DNA from: Gemmatimonadaceae bacterium
GTDB taxonomy: Bacteria > Gemmatimonadota > Gemmatimonadetes > Gemmatimonadales > Gemmatimonadaceae
Direction of reading: 5' to 3'
Assembly: GCA_045803545.1 (NCBI GenBank)
Contig: JBJMOW010000005.1
Coordinates: forward strand, 1,184,001 to 1,248,000
Length of the DNA stretch: 64,000 nt
The notes under the pieces were generated by a model. It did not search any database. It was not told the origin of the DNA and saw only the letters and a program-made list of their open reading frames with translations. Every line of letters begins with the position of its first letter. Position 1 is the stretch's first letter. Shown here one piece after another: positions 31,241-41,037 of this stretch. Position numbers and translations under genes: made by a program.

Positions 31241-31884
31241 CGTATACGGTCAAGGAAATCTTCTACACGCTGCAGGGCGAAGGTGCTCAATCAGGCCGTG
31301 CCGCGGTCTTCTGCCGTTTCTCCGGCTGCAATCTGTGGACGGGTCGCGAGGAAGACCGGTCGAGAGCAGTCTGTCAGTTTTGCGACACCGACTTCGTCGG
31401 CGTCGGACCGGACGGCGGCAGGTTCGCCAGAGCGAACGAGCTTGCTAATGCGATTGATCGGTGCTGGGGCGGCGGCAAACAAGGATATGAAAGCTCCGCG
31501 CGGAAGTTCGTTGTCTGCACCGGCGGCGAACCGTTACTCCAGCTCGACGAGCCTGTGATCGACGAGCTGCATCGACGTGGATTCGAAGTCGCCGTCGAAA
31601 CCAACGGCACCCGCTCTGCTCCTCCCTCACTCGATTGGATTTGCGTGAGTCCGAAAGCCGGCGCTCCCTTCGTCCAGACTTCGGGCAACGAGCTAAAGCT
31701 CGTTTTCCCGCAGGAGAACGCCGCGCCAGAGAAATTCTCCGCGCTCGACTTTCAGCACTTCTTCCTGCAGCCAATGGACGGCCCCGACGTCGCAGCCAAC
31801 ACTGAGCGAGCGATCGAGTATTGCCTACGGCATCCGCAGTGGAGGCTCAGTATCCAGACGCACAAGCTCGTGGGAGTGCGGTAG
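31237..31884 (+). CDS. queE: 7-carboxy-7-deazaguanine synthase (radical SAM, Cx14Cx2C type)
   Basis: [46 protein letters not shown] and QTHK motifs. Confidence 0.95.
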   Translation: MTYTVKEIFYTLQGEGAQSGRAAVFCRFSGCNLWTGREEDRSRAVCQFCDTDFVGVGPDGGRFARANELANAIDRCWGGGKQGYESSARKFVVCTGGEPLLQLDEPVIDELHRRGFEVAVETNGTRSAPPSLDWICVSPKAGAPFVQTSGNELKLVFPQENAAPEKFSALDFQHFFLQPMDGPDVAANTERAIEYCLRHPQWRLSIQTHKLVGVR

Positions 31885-31925
31885 CCAGAGGCCAGAGGCG
31901 AGAGGCGGGAGGCGGGAGGCGGGAG
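31884..31925. repeat. 7-bp tandem repeat, six copies
   Basis: gccagag gccagag gcgagag gcgggag gcgggag gcgggag between convergent genes. Confidence 0.85.
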
Positions 31926-31929
31926 GCGG

Positions 31930-32521
31930 CTAACTGCTAACTGTTCCTCGCGTGAAGAAACTTTTCAGCGCTCGCCAAACCGCGCGCACCAACAGCGCCG
32001 TCAGCACCAGCAGAGTCAACGCGATGACGAGCGCCAGCACTGGGTGGTGCCACACCAGATACGAAAGGCTCGCCAGGACACTCAGCTCGGCGATGTTCAG
32101 AATGCCATTCGTCACCGGTTCCGGCGAGGTATCGACTGCCACGCGCAAACCGAGCTTCGTCACGTGCGTCGCCAGCCCAAGCCCGCCACCCAGTAGTCCA
32201 GCCGCAAGAAATGAGCGACGGATCGCCGTGCCATGCTGTCGCCACCGCCAGCACTGCTGCGGCAGGCGGGCGAATAAAAGTGTGCGCCGACTCCCACAGT
32301 GATGCGACTCCCGGGATCAGCGTCGCGAGAAACTCGACCAGCGCCAATATGGTCGCTAGTACGATCACGATTGGATTCGCCAGATCGCCTAGTGGCCCCG
32401 AGATCGGATGGATCCACCCGGTGCGCTGCGCAAATCCGAGAATCGCGACCGTAGCATAAAGACTGATGCCCGACAGGTACGCCAGACCCAACGATTGTGC
32501 GAGAGTGATCAACGATCCCAC
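31930..32521 (-). pseudogene. DUF4126-like membrane protein, frameshifted
   Basis: N-half (SGISLYA, EFLA..IPG, HTFIRPPA) and C-half (KLGLRVAVDTSPEP.TN) are in different frames. One extra T (plus-strand AAA 32209-32211) separates them. Confidence 0.8.
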
Positions 32522-32587
32522 GGCTTTTTCTCGTGTTACCGGTATGTCAATTGCGCGAAACTAACTCTTCTGCAACCGGGGATTAAA

Positions 32588-33043
32588 GTGAGCAGCATTC
32601 TCGAAATGGTACAACAAGAACTTAGTGGTGGAGCGATCCAGCAGATTGCGCAACATGCGGGCGTAGATCCCAGCGTCGCTCAGCGAGCGGTCGACACTGC
32701 GCTGCCGATTATAGTTGGCGCCGTGAATCAGCAGGCATCACAGGCTGGGAACGTTACCGCGGCACAACCAAACGCAACAAACTCCGGTGAAGCGTCAGCG
32801 CTTCTCGGCGGTCTCTCCGGCATGCTCGGGGACCAAGCCGGCGGTATGGGAGGGGTACTCGGCAAAATCATCGGCTCACGACAGGCTGAGATCCAGAATG
32901 AGGTTGCCGGCGCTACCGGAATCGACAAGGACAAAGCAGCGCGCATACTCCAGGCACTGATTCCGATCGTGATGGCTGCGTTGGCCAGGAGAACTCAACA
33001 GACGCAAGCGCGGCAGCCGGGCGCGCCCGAAGCAAGGCCCTGA
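32588..33043 (+). CDS. DUF937 (YidB-like) protein
   Basis: SILEMVQQELSG..IQQIA...G, ALPII.GA and L.PIVMAAL patterns. Confidence 0.7.
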   Translation: MSSILEMVQQELSGGAIQQIAQHAGVDPSVAQRAVDTALPIIVGAVNQQASQAGNVTAAQPNATNSGEASALLGGLSGMLGDQAGGMGGVLGKIIGSRQAEIQNEVAGATGIDKDKAARILQALIPIVMAALARRTQQTQARQPGAPEARP

Positions 33044-33044
33044 G

Positions 33045-34274
33045 TTAGCTCCGGAGCGCGGGGCCGAGCGCGCTCTTTTTTTGGCTCCGCGGCGTCTGTG
33101 CTCTCGTCGCGGAGTCGAATAGATCGAGGTATTTGATTCCGGAGCCGGTGTTGAACAGCACCACCCGCTCCGTCGGACTCACCTTTCCGCGCTCAAGAAG
33201 TTTGCGCAGCGCCGGTACACACGCACCGCCTTCAGGCGCGGCGAAGATTCCCTCTCTGCGCGCAAGCTCGCGCGCGCCGGCGAGCAACTCTTCGTCGCTC
33301 ACCGCAATCGCCATCCCGTCCGACTGGCGAATCGCATCGAGAATCAGGAAATCGCCGATCGCTTTGGGCACCCGGAGACCCGACGCGAGGGTTTGCGCGT
33401 TCTGAACTTCTTCAGCCGCACTCTCACCTTTCTCGAACGCGCGCACGATGGGCGCGCAGCCGGCCGCCTGGACCGAGATCATCCGTGGACGCCTGCTGTC
33501 GATCCAACCCAACTGCTGCATTTCGTCGAATGCCTTCCACATTCCCACGAGACCGGTGCCACCGCCGGTGGGATAGATGATCACGTCGGGCAGTGACCAC
33601 GATGACTGTTCAGCGAGCTCGTAGCCCAACGTCTTTTTCCCTTCGACTCGATAGGGCTCCTTCAGGGTCGAGACGTCGAACCACCCTTCCGCTTCCTTCA
33701 GGCGTGCGACTTCGGCGCCGCAGTCGGTGATCAATCCGTCGATGAGAGTGACGTGAGCTCCAGTCACCTCGCATTCGATGATGTTGGCGCGCGGGGTGTC
33801 GCGGGGCATGAAGATGTGCGCTTCCATCCCGGCGCGCGCACAATATGCGGCCAGCGCGCCAGCAGCATTTCCGGCGGAGGGCGCGGCGAGTTTTTTGAGG
33901 CCGAGCTCCTTTGCCATCGACACCGCAGTGGCCATTCCACGCGCTTTGAAACTCTGCGTCGGGTTCAGCGACTCGTCTTTGACGTAAAGCTCGGAGAGCC
34001 CAAGCGCGGCCCCGAGATTCTTGACGTGAAGGAGCGGCGTCCAGCCCTCGCCCAGGGAGACGATGTTGTCTTCGCGCCGAACCGGCAGCACTTCCCGGTA
34101 CCGCCACATGTCGGACCGGCGCGCGTAGAGGGCTTGTCTGGTAAGAAACTTCGCGATCCGTTTGAGATCGTAGCGCACCAGCAGCGGTTTCCCGCATTCG
34201 GTGCACACGTTGTGCGGTTTGCGCGCCTCGTATTCGCGATGGCAGGACGAGCACTCGAGTTTCGTGACGTGCAT
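33045..34274 (-). CDS. thrC: Threonine synthase
   Basis: [18 protein letters not shown] (PLP Lys), SAGNA, PTGGGTG and FNTGSG motifs. Confidence 0.9.
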   Translation of the reverse strand: MHVTKLECSSCHREYEARKPHNVCTECGKPLLVRYDLKRIAKFLTRQALYARRSDMWRYREVLPVRREDNIVSLGEGWTPLLHVKNLGAALGLSELYVKDESLNPTQSFKARGMATAVSMAKELGLKKLAAPSAGNAAGALAAYCARAGMEAHIFMPRDTPRANIIECEVTGAHVTLIDGLITDCGAEVARLKEAEGWFDVSTLKEPYRVEGKKTLGYELAEQSSWSLPDVIIYPTGGGTGLVGMWKAFDEMQQLGWIDSRRPRMISVQAAGCAPIVRAFEKGESAAEEVQNAQTLASGLRVPKAIGDFLILDAIRQSDGMAIAVSDEELLAGARELARREGIFAAPEGGACVPALRKLLERGKVSPTERVVLFNTGSGIKYLDLFDSATRAQTPRSQKKSALGPALRS

Positions 34275-34337
34275 TCTTGTCTTCGCTGTGGAGTGGACGC
34301 GTACGTCGCGGCCGCAGATTAGTTTACCGCAAAGTTA

Positions 34338-34451
34338 ATGACATTCGCATCCTACGCCGCCGACCGCTTCTTCTACGCTTTCCGCCTGGTCGGCGCCCTC
34401 GTCGTCGCGACGCTGGTTACTCTTCTCATCGACCGCAAGCTGCGCCGCTAG
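34338..34451 (+). CDS. Candidate 37-aa single-TM small protein
   Basis: MTFASYAADRFFYAFRLVGALVVATLVTSLIDRKLRR*; its TAG directly abuts the ATG of the next gene. Confidence 0.5.
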   Translation: MTFASYAADRFFYAFRLVGALVVATLVTLLIDRKLRR

Positions 34452-34976
34452 ATGTACATCGGACATGTCGGGGTAGCGCTGGCCGCCAAGCGGCTGCGTC
34501 TGAGCGTGGGCCTGCTCGTGCTCCTGGTTGCCACCTATGCGCCCGATTGGATCGACAGCGGATTGTGCATCGTCGGCGGCTACGATCCGCGCCAAATGCT
34601 CTCTCACTCGATTCCAGCGGTTTTTATCTTCGCTCTCGGCGGCTTTATCGCCTACACCCTGAGCACCCGCGATCGGGTTGGCGGTGCGCTCATCGCCGCG
34701 GTGATCATCTCGCACATGGTGCTGGACTGGATCACCGGCATCAAGCCGACCTGGCCGGGTGGCCCAACGATCGGCCTCCAGCTTTACTCGCACCCGATCG
34801 CGGATTTTTTTGCTGAGGGCATCGTGATCGCGATCGGAGCGATCGCATACGCGCGTACTTTACCCGTCCGTCGACGGCCGTGGCTCGATCTCGCGATCAT
34901 GCTCGGCGCTCTGTTGGCACTTCAGCTCACCATCGACGTCGCGCACTTGCTGTTCAAGTCGCTGCCCAAATGCTGA
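34452..34976 (+). CDS. Membrane-bound metal-dependent hydrolase-like protein
   Basis: MYIGH, PDWID, SHS and SHMVLDW motifs with several TM segments. Confidence 0.7.
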   Translation: MYIGHVGVALAAKRLRLSVGLLVLLVATYAPDWIDSGLCIVGGYDPRQMLSHSIPAVFIFALGGFIAYTLSTRDRVGGALIAAVIISHMVLDWITGIKPTWPGGPTIGLQLYSHPIADFFAEGIVIAIGAIAYARTLPVRRRPWLDLAIMLGALLALQLTIDVAHLLFKSLPKC

Positions 34977-36460
34977 CCCAGGATCTGCGCACCGTAGCAC
35001 GCCAGGCGATGATCGATAGCGGCTTTCAACCCGATTACACGCCGGAGATGGAGGCGGAGCTGCGGAATATCGGAAAGCACCCAGAGACCGGGGCGCCACT
35101 AAGAGACCTGCGTAACCTGCTCTGGTCGTCCATCGATAACGACGATACGCGCGACCTCGACCAGATCGAATACGCGGAGCAAGCGCCTGACGGTGGCTGG
35201 CGACTGATGATCGCGATTGCCGATGTCGACGCGGAAGTTGCAAAGGACTCGGCCATCGACGCCCATGCCAAAGAGCAGACGACGACTGTCTACACCGGCG
35301 CAGTGATCTTTCCGATGATTCCAACCGAGCTATCGGCCGGTGCTACGTCCCTGTTCGCCGACGTCGACCGCAAGGCGGTTGTCGTCGACATGCACATCGA
35401 CACCAATGGCACAGTTACAGGAGCGGAAGTCTATCGCGCCCGAGCACGGAATTGCGCGCAGCTGGCGTACAACTCCGTTGGGAACTGGCTCGATCGCGGA
35501 GCCGCCACGCCGCCGGCAGTCACGGCGGTGGCTGGAATCGAAGCGCAGCTTCGGCTCCAGGCGACAATTGCTGGTGCGCTGCGTCAGACGCGCGTGAACA
35601 ACGGCGCGCTGGAGATAGAGACTGTGGAAGCGCGCGCGGTGTCGCAGGATGGCCGTGTGACCGCGATCGAGAAGACGGAAAAGAATACCGCGACCGATAT
35701 CATCGAGGATTTCATGATCGCCGCCAACGGCGCGGTGGCGCGATTTCTCGAAGCTCACAACGTGTCATGCATTCGCCGAATCGTGCGGAGTCCGGAGCGC
35801 TGGGATCGCATCGTCGATCTCGCAAGACAATTCGGGAAGGCATTGCCGGTCCAGCCTGATCCAGTCGCGTTGCACGACTTCATGGTCCAACGGCGTCAGG
35901 CCGATCCCGACCGGTTCCCCGATCTTTCGCTCGCAATCGTCAAACTGCTCGGACCGGGCGAATACATTCTTGACCAACCGGGCGTCGAGGAGCCGGGACA
36001 CTTTGGGCTCGCGGTCCAGGACTACACTCACTCGACGGCGCCCAATCGGAGATTTGCCGATCTGGTGACGCAGCGGGTGATCAAGGCGGTGCTGGCCGGC
36101 GCTCCGCCACCCTACTCCGATGACGACCTCGCAGCGATCGCTCGCAATTGCACACTGAAGGAAGACGCCGCTCGCAAAGTCGAGCGCCAGGTGCGGAAGA
36201 TTGCGGCGGCAATGTTGTTCAGCAACCGGATCGGCGAGCGGTTCAAGGCGATCGTAACGGGCAAGAAGCCGAGCGGGACGTTCGTCCGAGTATTGAATCC
36301 GCCGGTTGAAGGAATGTTGGTGCGCGGTGGCGCTGAAGTCGACGTCGGCGACGAGATCGACGTCGAATTGCTCTCGACAAATCCGAAGCGGGGCTTCATA
36401 GATTTTGGACGGGTCGGATCGACGCCGACTCCCAACCCTCCAGGCAAGAAAGGACGCTGA
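34970..36460 (+). CDS. RNB-domain exoribonuclease (RNase II/R family, short form)
   Basis: SIDNDDTRDLDQ, IEDFMIAAN, HFGLA, YTHSTAPNRRFADL and C-terminal S1. Confidence 0.9.
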   Translation: MLTQDLRTVARQAMIDSGFQPDYTPEMEAELRNIGKHPETGAPLRDLRNLLWSSIDNDDTRDLDQIEYAEQAPDGGWRLMIAIADVDAEVAKDSAIDAHAKEQTTTVYTGAVIFPMIPTELSAGATSLFADVDRKAVVVDMHIDTNGTVTGAEVYRARARNCAQLAYNSVGNWLDRGAATPPAVTAVAGIEAQLRLQATIAGALRQTRVNNGALEIETVEARAVSQDGRVTAIEKTEKNTATDIIEDFMIAANGAVARFLEAHNVSCIRRIVRSPERWDRIVDLARQFGKALPVQPDPVALHDFMVQRRQADPDRFPDLSLAIVKLLGPGEYILDQPGVEEPGHFGLAVQDYTHSTAPNRRFADLVTQRVIKAVLAGAPPPYSDDDLAAIARNCTLKEDAARKVERQVRKIAAAMLFSNRIGERFKAIVTGKKPSGTFVRVLNPPVEGMLVRGGAEVDVGDEIDVELLSTNPKRGFIDFGRVGSTPTPNPPGKKGR

Positions 36461-37050
36461 TGACCGAATTCCCCTCCCGTGACGAGACGCTGGCGCTGAT
36501 GCGCGAGTACACCCAGAGCGATTCGTTACGTAAGCACATGCTGGCGGTCGAAGGAGCGATGCGTGCTTACGCGCGAAAGTTCGGCGAGGACGAGGAGCGA
36601 TGGGGCGTCACCGGGCTCATTCACGACTTTGACTACGAGCGGTTTCCCAACAACGCCCATTCAGCAACCGAGGAGCATCCCGCCGAAGGCGTGCGCATTC
36701 TTCGCGGACTGGGTTACCCCGAAGATGTGCTCGACGCGATACTCGGCCATGCGCACTACTGCAATACGCCTCGTACGTCGCAGATGGCGAAGGCACTATT
36801 CGCGGTCGACGAGCTGACCGGCCTGATCACCGCGACCGCACTGGTGCGCCCGAGCAAGAGCGTGCACGAGGTGGACGCGCGCTCGGTGAGAAAAAAGATG
36901 AAGGACAAGGCGTTCGCGCGTGGCGTCAATCGCGACGACGTCATCAACGGTGCCTCCGAGCTCGGTGTCGATCTCGATGAGCACATCTCCTTCGTCATTG
37001 CCTCGATGCAATTGCGGGCGGACGACTTAGGACTCGCCGGCGTTACCTAG
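36460..37050 (+). CDS. HD-domain (HDIG) phosphohydrolase
   Basis: LRKHMLAVE, GLIHDFDYE, AVDELTG and KDKAFARGVNR motifs. Confidence 0.85.
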   Translation: MTEFPSRDETLALMREYTQSDSLRKHMLAVEGAMRAYARKFGEDEERWGVTGLIHDFDYERFPNNAHSATEEHPAEGVRILRGLGYPEDVLDAILGHAHYCNTPRTSQMAKALFAVDELTGLITATALVRPSKSVHEVDARSVRKKMKDKAFARGVNRDDVINGASELGVDLDEHISFVIASMQLRADDLGLAGVT

Positions 37051-37053
37051 GCA

Positions 37054-37304
37054 TCTCGGTTGGGGTCGGCGAGGGGGATTCTCTGAAAAAACTGCTCGCC
37101 CGCTGTCTCGCGACATCATTGTCGGTGGCGTTCTGAGTGTGGGCAGGTATGCGCGATGTTTTTCAGAGAACGCCCCACGCCTCCCTCTCGAGACTGTTTG
37201 CACGCCCGCGACGCCCATTCCCCCGACGCGCCCGCAATCGCCTTCGCGATGCAACGTCATGCGCGCTGAGTAAAGATCCGGTCGGGGAAGGAGGCGACGG
37301 GCGG
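37054..37304. repeat. Long imperfect palindromic elements in convergent intergenic region
   Basis: Perfect 12-bp IR ttctctgaaaaa (37079-37090) / tttttcagagaa (37159-37170) with flanking pairing; second hairpin 37204-37303. Confidence 0.55.
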
Positions 37305-37444
37305 GGTTGGCGGAGGTCGCGCAGCCCCGCGTCGTCTCAGATCGCCACTCCTATCGATTTCGCCGGGAAGCGGGGCGAGAAGCTCCGACAACCCCGGCAC
37401 GTTGCCGACTGACCGCGCGACGATCTAGACCGAAGCCCGCAGCC

Positions 37445-38413
37445 CTATTCCATCGCGAATGCGCGATTGAAGATCACGTCGAACGCGAAACTCTTGGGAC
37501 GCGATCTTTGCTCCATCGCATCCGCGATGCGATCGAGTCGTTCCGGAATCCCCATGATCTTGTCCTGCGCCTTGCGACCGATCTCGTTCAGTCCGGTGAG
37601 TGTCTCGATCGACCAGAACTTGATCAGCTCCTGGACGATCTTGAGATAGTCACGCGGTCCATAAATCCCGGCGCGACGCACCACGTCGGCCAGCTCCCGG
37701 AAGTGCGGCATGTTGACGCCCGGCATGTCGATCGCCGGCATCAGCTTCGCCGCGGCGAAAAGCGCTTCGTTGGGATCGCGCTCGATCACCGCCTTGAACA
37801 CTGACCGATAGAAGGTGTAGTGCCGCGCCTCCTCCTTGGCGACGTTCTGCAGGACGGTGCCGATCGTGGGCTCGTACTCCGACGCGAACTTCCCGGTGTT
37901 CGCGTGGGAGACCTGGGTGGCACGTTCCTGTAACGATGTGTATACGAAGACCCGATACGGGTCGCGGTCCCACTCGGGCTCGAATCCGGCCCTGAGATAA
38001 TCGAACTGCATCTTCTCGATGACCGTGGGATCGAAGATTCGCGCGTCGCGAGTGTAGTCGTGGAGGATCGCGCCGTGCCTGTCCTCCTCGGCCGTCCACA
38101 GGTTGTTCCACTTCGCCCAGATGCTATCGGTGCCGAGGTATACGGCGAGGAGCCGATGGAAGTGTGGCAGCCCTTCTTCAGTGAGAAGGTTCAGCGCGAG
38201 GGCGACCCGGGCCGGATCACTTATTCCTCGCGCCCGCTCTCGCAGCGAGCGAAGATGATGATCGGGATCTTCGCCAGGCGGTGGATCGAGTAACTCGGAG
38301 GGAAACCAGAGTACGCGCTTCTCCTCGTGCGACGTCATGAGTTGCGCTACCACTGGCTCAAGATCGGCGAGCACTTCGATCTTCGACAGTGTTGCTGCTT
38401 CGACGTTATGCAA
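37445..38413 (-). CDS. Acyl-ACP desaturase (soluble di-iron, DesA-like)
   Basis: NLLTEEGLP, WTAEEDRHG, QERAT..SH, EEARH and MPG motifs. Confidence 0.9.
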   Translation of the reverse strand: MHNVEAATLSKIEVLADLEPVVAQLMTSHEEKRVLWFPSELLDPPPGEDPDHHLRSLRERARGISDPARVALALNLLTEEGLPHFHRLLAVYLGTDSIWAKWNNLWTAEEDRHGAILHDYTRDARIFDPTVIEKMQFDYLRAGFEPEWDRDPYRVFVYTSLQERATQVSHANTGKFASEYEPTIGTVLQNVAKEEARHYTFYRSVFKAVIERDPNEALFAAAKLMPAIDMPGVNMPHFRELADVVRRAGIYGPRDYLKIVQELIKFWSIETLTGLNEIGRKAQDKIMGIPERLDRIADAMEQRSRPKSFAFDVIFNRAFAME

Positions 38414-38717
38414 AGCGACCTCGAAGACGGGTTTCTACTCGCAGCGACCAATCGGATCGCGACGAGAAGTTAATCTGCATGCAAACAAGTTGCCGCGTTG
38501 GTCCCTGGCCTGACACAAAAATGAGAACGAGCCAGTAATCCACATTGTGACATGGGCTTGCGGGGCACTCGCGCTCGTCTAGAAATTGCGGCCTGACGCT
38601 TGCGCACCTGTTTCCCGACGACGCGGTTAGCTTCCAAAAAAATCCCTCACTCACATGATGGATTGTGAAGCAGCCACGACAACATTTCACACTCGAATTT
38701 GCGGCAGGAGATGGATA

Positions 38718-39083
38718 ATGGCAGACCAGGCGGACAACCAAGGGGACAGAATGGACGAGCGGAGCGGACGCAGCGCCTCTGGTGGCGTTGGGAGCAACGG
38801 CGCGCTCTCAGGAAGCGCCGGTACGATCATCGGTAACAGGAACGATAGCGGAGCGGAACTACGCAGTAGCGGTAGTGTGAGTCGCAAAACTCCACGTGGA
38901 TTCGCGGCAATGGATCCGCAGGCGCAGCGCGCGATCGCCGCCAAAGGCGGACGCGCCGCTCACCAGAAAGGAACTGCCCACGAGTTCACGAGCGAGGAAG
39001 CGAGAATCGCTGGTCGCAAGGGCGGCGAAGCCTCGCGTGGCGGGCGCAACCGACAAAACGCGTCCACCGACGCGAACCGCTGA
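38718..39083 (+). CDS. KGG-repeat general stress protein (YciG/Con-10-like)
   Basis: RGFAAMDP..QR.IAAKGG...H...AHEFTSEEAR.AGRKGG; AGGAG RBS. Confidence 0.85.
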   Translation: MADQADNQGDRMDERSGRSASGGVGSNGALSGSAGTIIGNRNDSGAELRSSGSVSRKTPRGFAAMDPQAQRAIAAKGGRAAHQKGTAHEFTSEEARIAGRKGGEASRGGRNRQNASTDANR

Positions 39084-39107
39084 CCCAGCCGGGAACGGCG
39101 ATTACGC

Positions 39108-39146
39108 AAAGAGGCGCTGAGATTCTCTCAGCGCCTCTTTCTTTTT
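39108..39146. terminator. Rho-independent terminator, probably bidirectional
   Basis: aaagaggcgctgaga / ttc / tctcagcgcctcttt followed by cttttt, between convergent genes. Confidence 0.85.
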
Positions 39147-39173
39147 GTCGTCGCTCTCAGGATGCGATGGATC

Positions 39174-41012
39174 TCACCCAGAGATCTCCTCCATAAACAG
39201 AATCACTCCCTTGGGGTCATCGTGGCCCGGTTCGATCAGCGGAGTCGCGGTAACACTCACCTGGATTTTCCTGCCCCGCCGGTTCGTCGCTCCGATCGTC
39301 AGCTGCGAGGGTCCGCCATTGCGCTTGAAGACGTTGTCGACAAGAGGCTTTACATCGGCCGCCGGTAATCCGATATCCAGATCACTGAACCGCTTCTCCA
39401 CGGCTTCGTCGGGTCGCACACCCCACAAATCCTCGGCGCGATGATTCCAGACTCTGATCCGCATGTCATGATCGACGACCGCGACTCCGCCGCCGAGGCT
39501 GGCGAACACAGATCGCAGAAAACGATTCAGGTCATTGAGCTCGGCCCCCCGACTCCGCAACTGATCGTTGATCGTGCCCAGCTCCTCGTTTGTCGACTGT
39601 AGCTCCTCGTTCATCGTTTCGAGCTCTTCGTTGGTCGAGTGGAGCTCCTCGTTCGTAGTCTCGAGTTCTTCCACTGCCGACTGCAGCTCCTCGTTGGTTG
39701 TCTCCAGCTCCTCACTCGATGACTGCAGCTCCTCGTAGGCACTTTCGAGGTCCGCATGCGACCGCTGCAGCTGAAGTTTGAGACTACGCGAATCGGTGAT
39801 GTCGTTGAAGGTCACGCTGATTGCCATGAACTCACGCATCGTGTTAAAAAGCGGAAGGAGGTGGACCTCGAACCATCGCTCCTCGCCGGAGATCATCCAC
39901 GCCACTTCAGAGACTCGCACCGATCGCTCTTCGTGATGGATCTGATCGATGAGGGATCTCAGCTCCAGCGGCCGGTAGGAAAGCTCCAGGTCTCGCAGCG
40001 GGCGGCCAAGATCGGCCGGATTGAGCTGAAAGAGCAGCCGCGCCCTTTCGTTGGAAAGCGCGAGGTTCCCTGCCCCATCGATGACAAACTGGGCCAGCGG
40101 CGCTTTTTCGAACGCCGCCGTCGAAACCAGTTCGCGCTCGAACGCAATGCCGTTACCCGTGTTGCCGTTTCTCGGCTCATATTTGACGGCTGTCTTCGAC
40201 GGCACTTTGCCGAAAATCCGCCGCTGGAGATCGACGGGCTCGAACATGCTGGTGTGCGTGGAGAGAGTCTCGGCTTTACCCAGAAAAAGGAAGCCGCCTT
40301 CGCGCAGCGCGAAATGAAATCGGTTCAGAACACGAGTCTGCGTCTTCGAGTCGAAATACATGAGCGTATTTCGGCAGACCAGCAAGTCGATCTTGGAGAT
40401 GGGAGCATCATCGATGAGATTGTTGCGCCCGAAGATCACGCAGCGTCGGAGCGGTTTCTTGAAAAAGAATCGGCCGTTCTGCCGGTCGAAGTATCGCTCA
40501 CGCATTTCCTCCGGAACGTTCTCGATTTCTTTCGGCGTGTACGATCCGTGTCTTGCATACACCAGCGCCTCCTCGTCGAGATCAGTCGCGTAGATCTTGA
40601 CCCGTCTGAGGAATGCGTCGACGCCAAGCCGCTCGGCGAGAATCATCGCCAAAGTGTAAGCTTCCTGACCCGTGGCGCAGCCGGCGCTCCACACCCTTAT
40701 TGTGTCGTCACGTCCCCTGTTTTCGACGATCCTTGGAACGACCTGATCCCCCAGGTACTCCCAGGGCACCCCGTCGCGGAAGAAGCTCGTCACGTTGATG
40801 AGAACAGTATTGAACAACCGCTCGAACTCAGCAGGCTCACCGTTCAAAAGCGTGATGTAATCGCCGAAGCTGTCCACTCCGGCCGCCTGCATGCGCTTCC
40901 GAACTCGACGAAACAGGCTCGGGCGCTTGTAGCCGGTGAAGTCGAAGCCGCGCGACTGCTTGAGCAGATTGAGCAGCTCGTCGAATTCTTTTGAAGTTTG
41001 GCCGCTACTCAT
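39174..41012 (-). CDS. cheR: CheR-type protein-glutamate methyltransferase with PAS and coiled-coil domains
   Basis: INVTSFFRD, RVWSAGCATGQEAY and CRNTLMYF, followed by PAS-coiled coil (EELxxxN repeats)-PAS. Confidence 0.9.
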   Translation of the reverse strand: MSSGQTSKEFDELLNLLKQSRGFDFTGYKRPSLFRRVRKRMQAAGVDSFGDYITLLNGEPAEFERLFNTVLINVTSFFRDGVPWEYLGDQVVPRIVENRGRDDTIRVWSAGCATGQEAYTLAMILAERLGVDAFLRRVKIYATDLDEEALVYARHGSYTPKEIENVPEEMRERYFDRQNGRFFFKKPLRRCVIFGRNNLIDDAPISKIDLLVCRNTLMYFDSKTQTRVLNRFHFALREGGFLFLGKAETLSTHTSMFEPVDLQRRIFGKVPSKTAVKYEPRNGNTGNGIAFERELVSTAAFEKAPLAQFVIDGAGNLALSNERARLLFQLNPADLGRPLRDLELSYRPLELRSLIDQIHHEERSVRVSEVAWMISGEERWFEVHLLPLFNTMREFMAISVTFNDITDSRSLKLQLQRSHADLESAYEELQSSSEELETTNEELQSAVEELETTNEELHSTNEELETMNEELQSTNEELGTINDQLRSRGAELNDLNRFLRSVFASLGGGVAVVDHDMRIRVWNHRAEDLWGVRPDEAVEKRFSDLDIGLPAADVKPLVDNVFKRNGGPSQLTIGATNRRGRKIQVSVTATPLIEPGHDDPKGVILFMEEISG

Positions 41013-41037
41013 TGTACCGGCCTATAACGTGACAGAC

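Noticed and set aside
30491..31884. queC/queE as a 7-deazaguanine DNA-modification (dpd) defence island
   Set aside because: No dpdA/tgt-like, helicase or nuclease genes nearby; ordinary queuosine biosynthesis is the simpler explanation.
39540..39760. 21-bp periodic DNA repeats as a CRISPR or tandem array
   Set aside because: They encode the CheR EELxxxN coiled-coil heptads; there are no spacers or cas genes.
39756..40994. 412-aa plus-strand ORF and similar long antisense ORFs (e.g. 62457-63320, 1398-2297)
   Set aside because: Shadow frames opposite well-supported genes in GC-rich DNA; no recognisable motifs.
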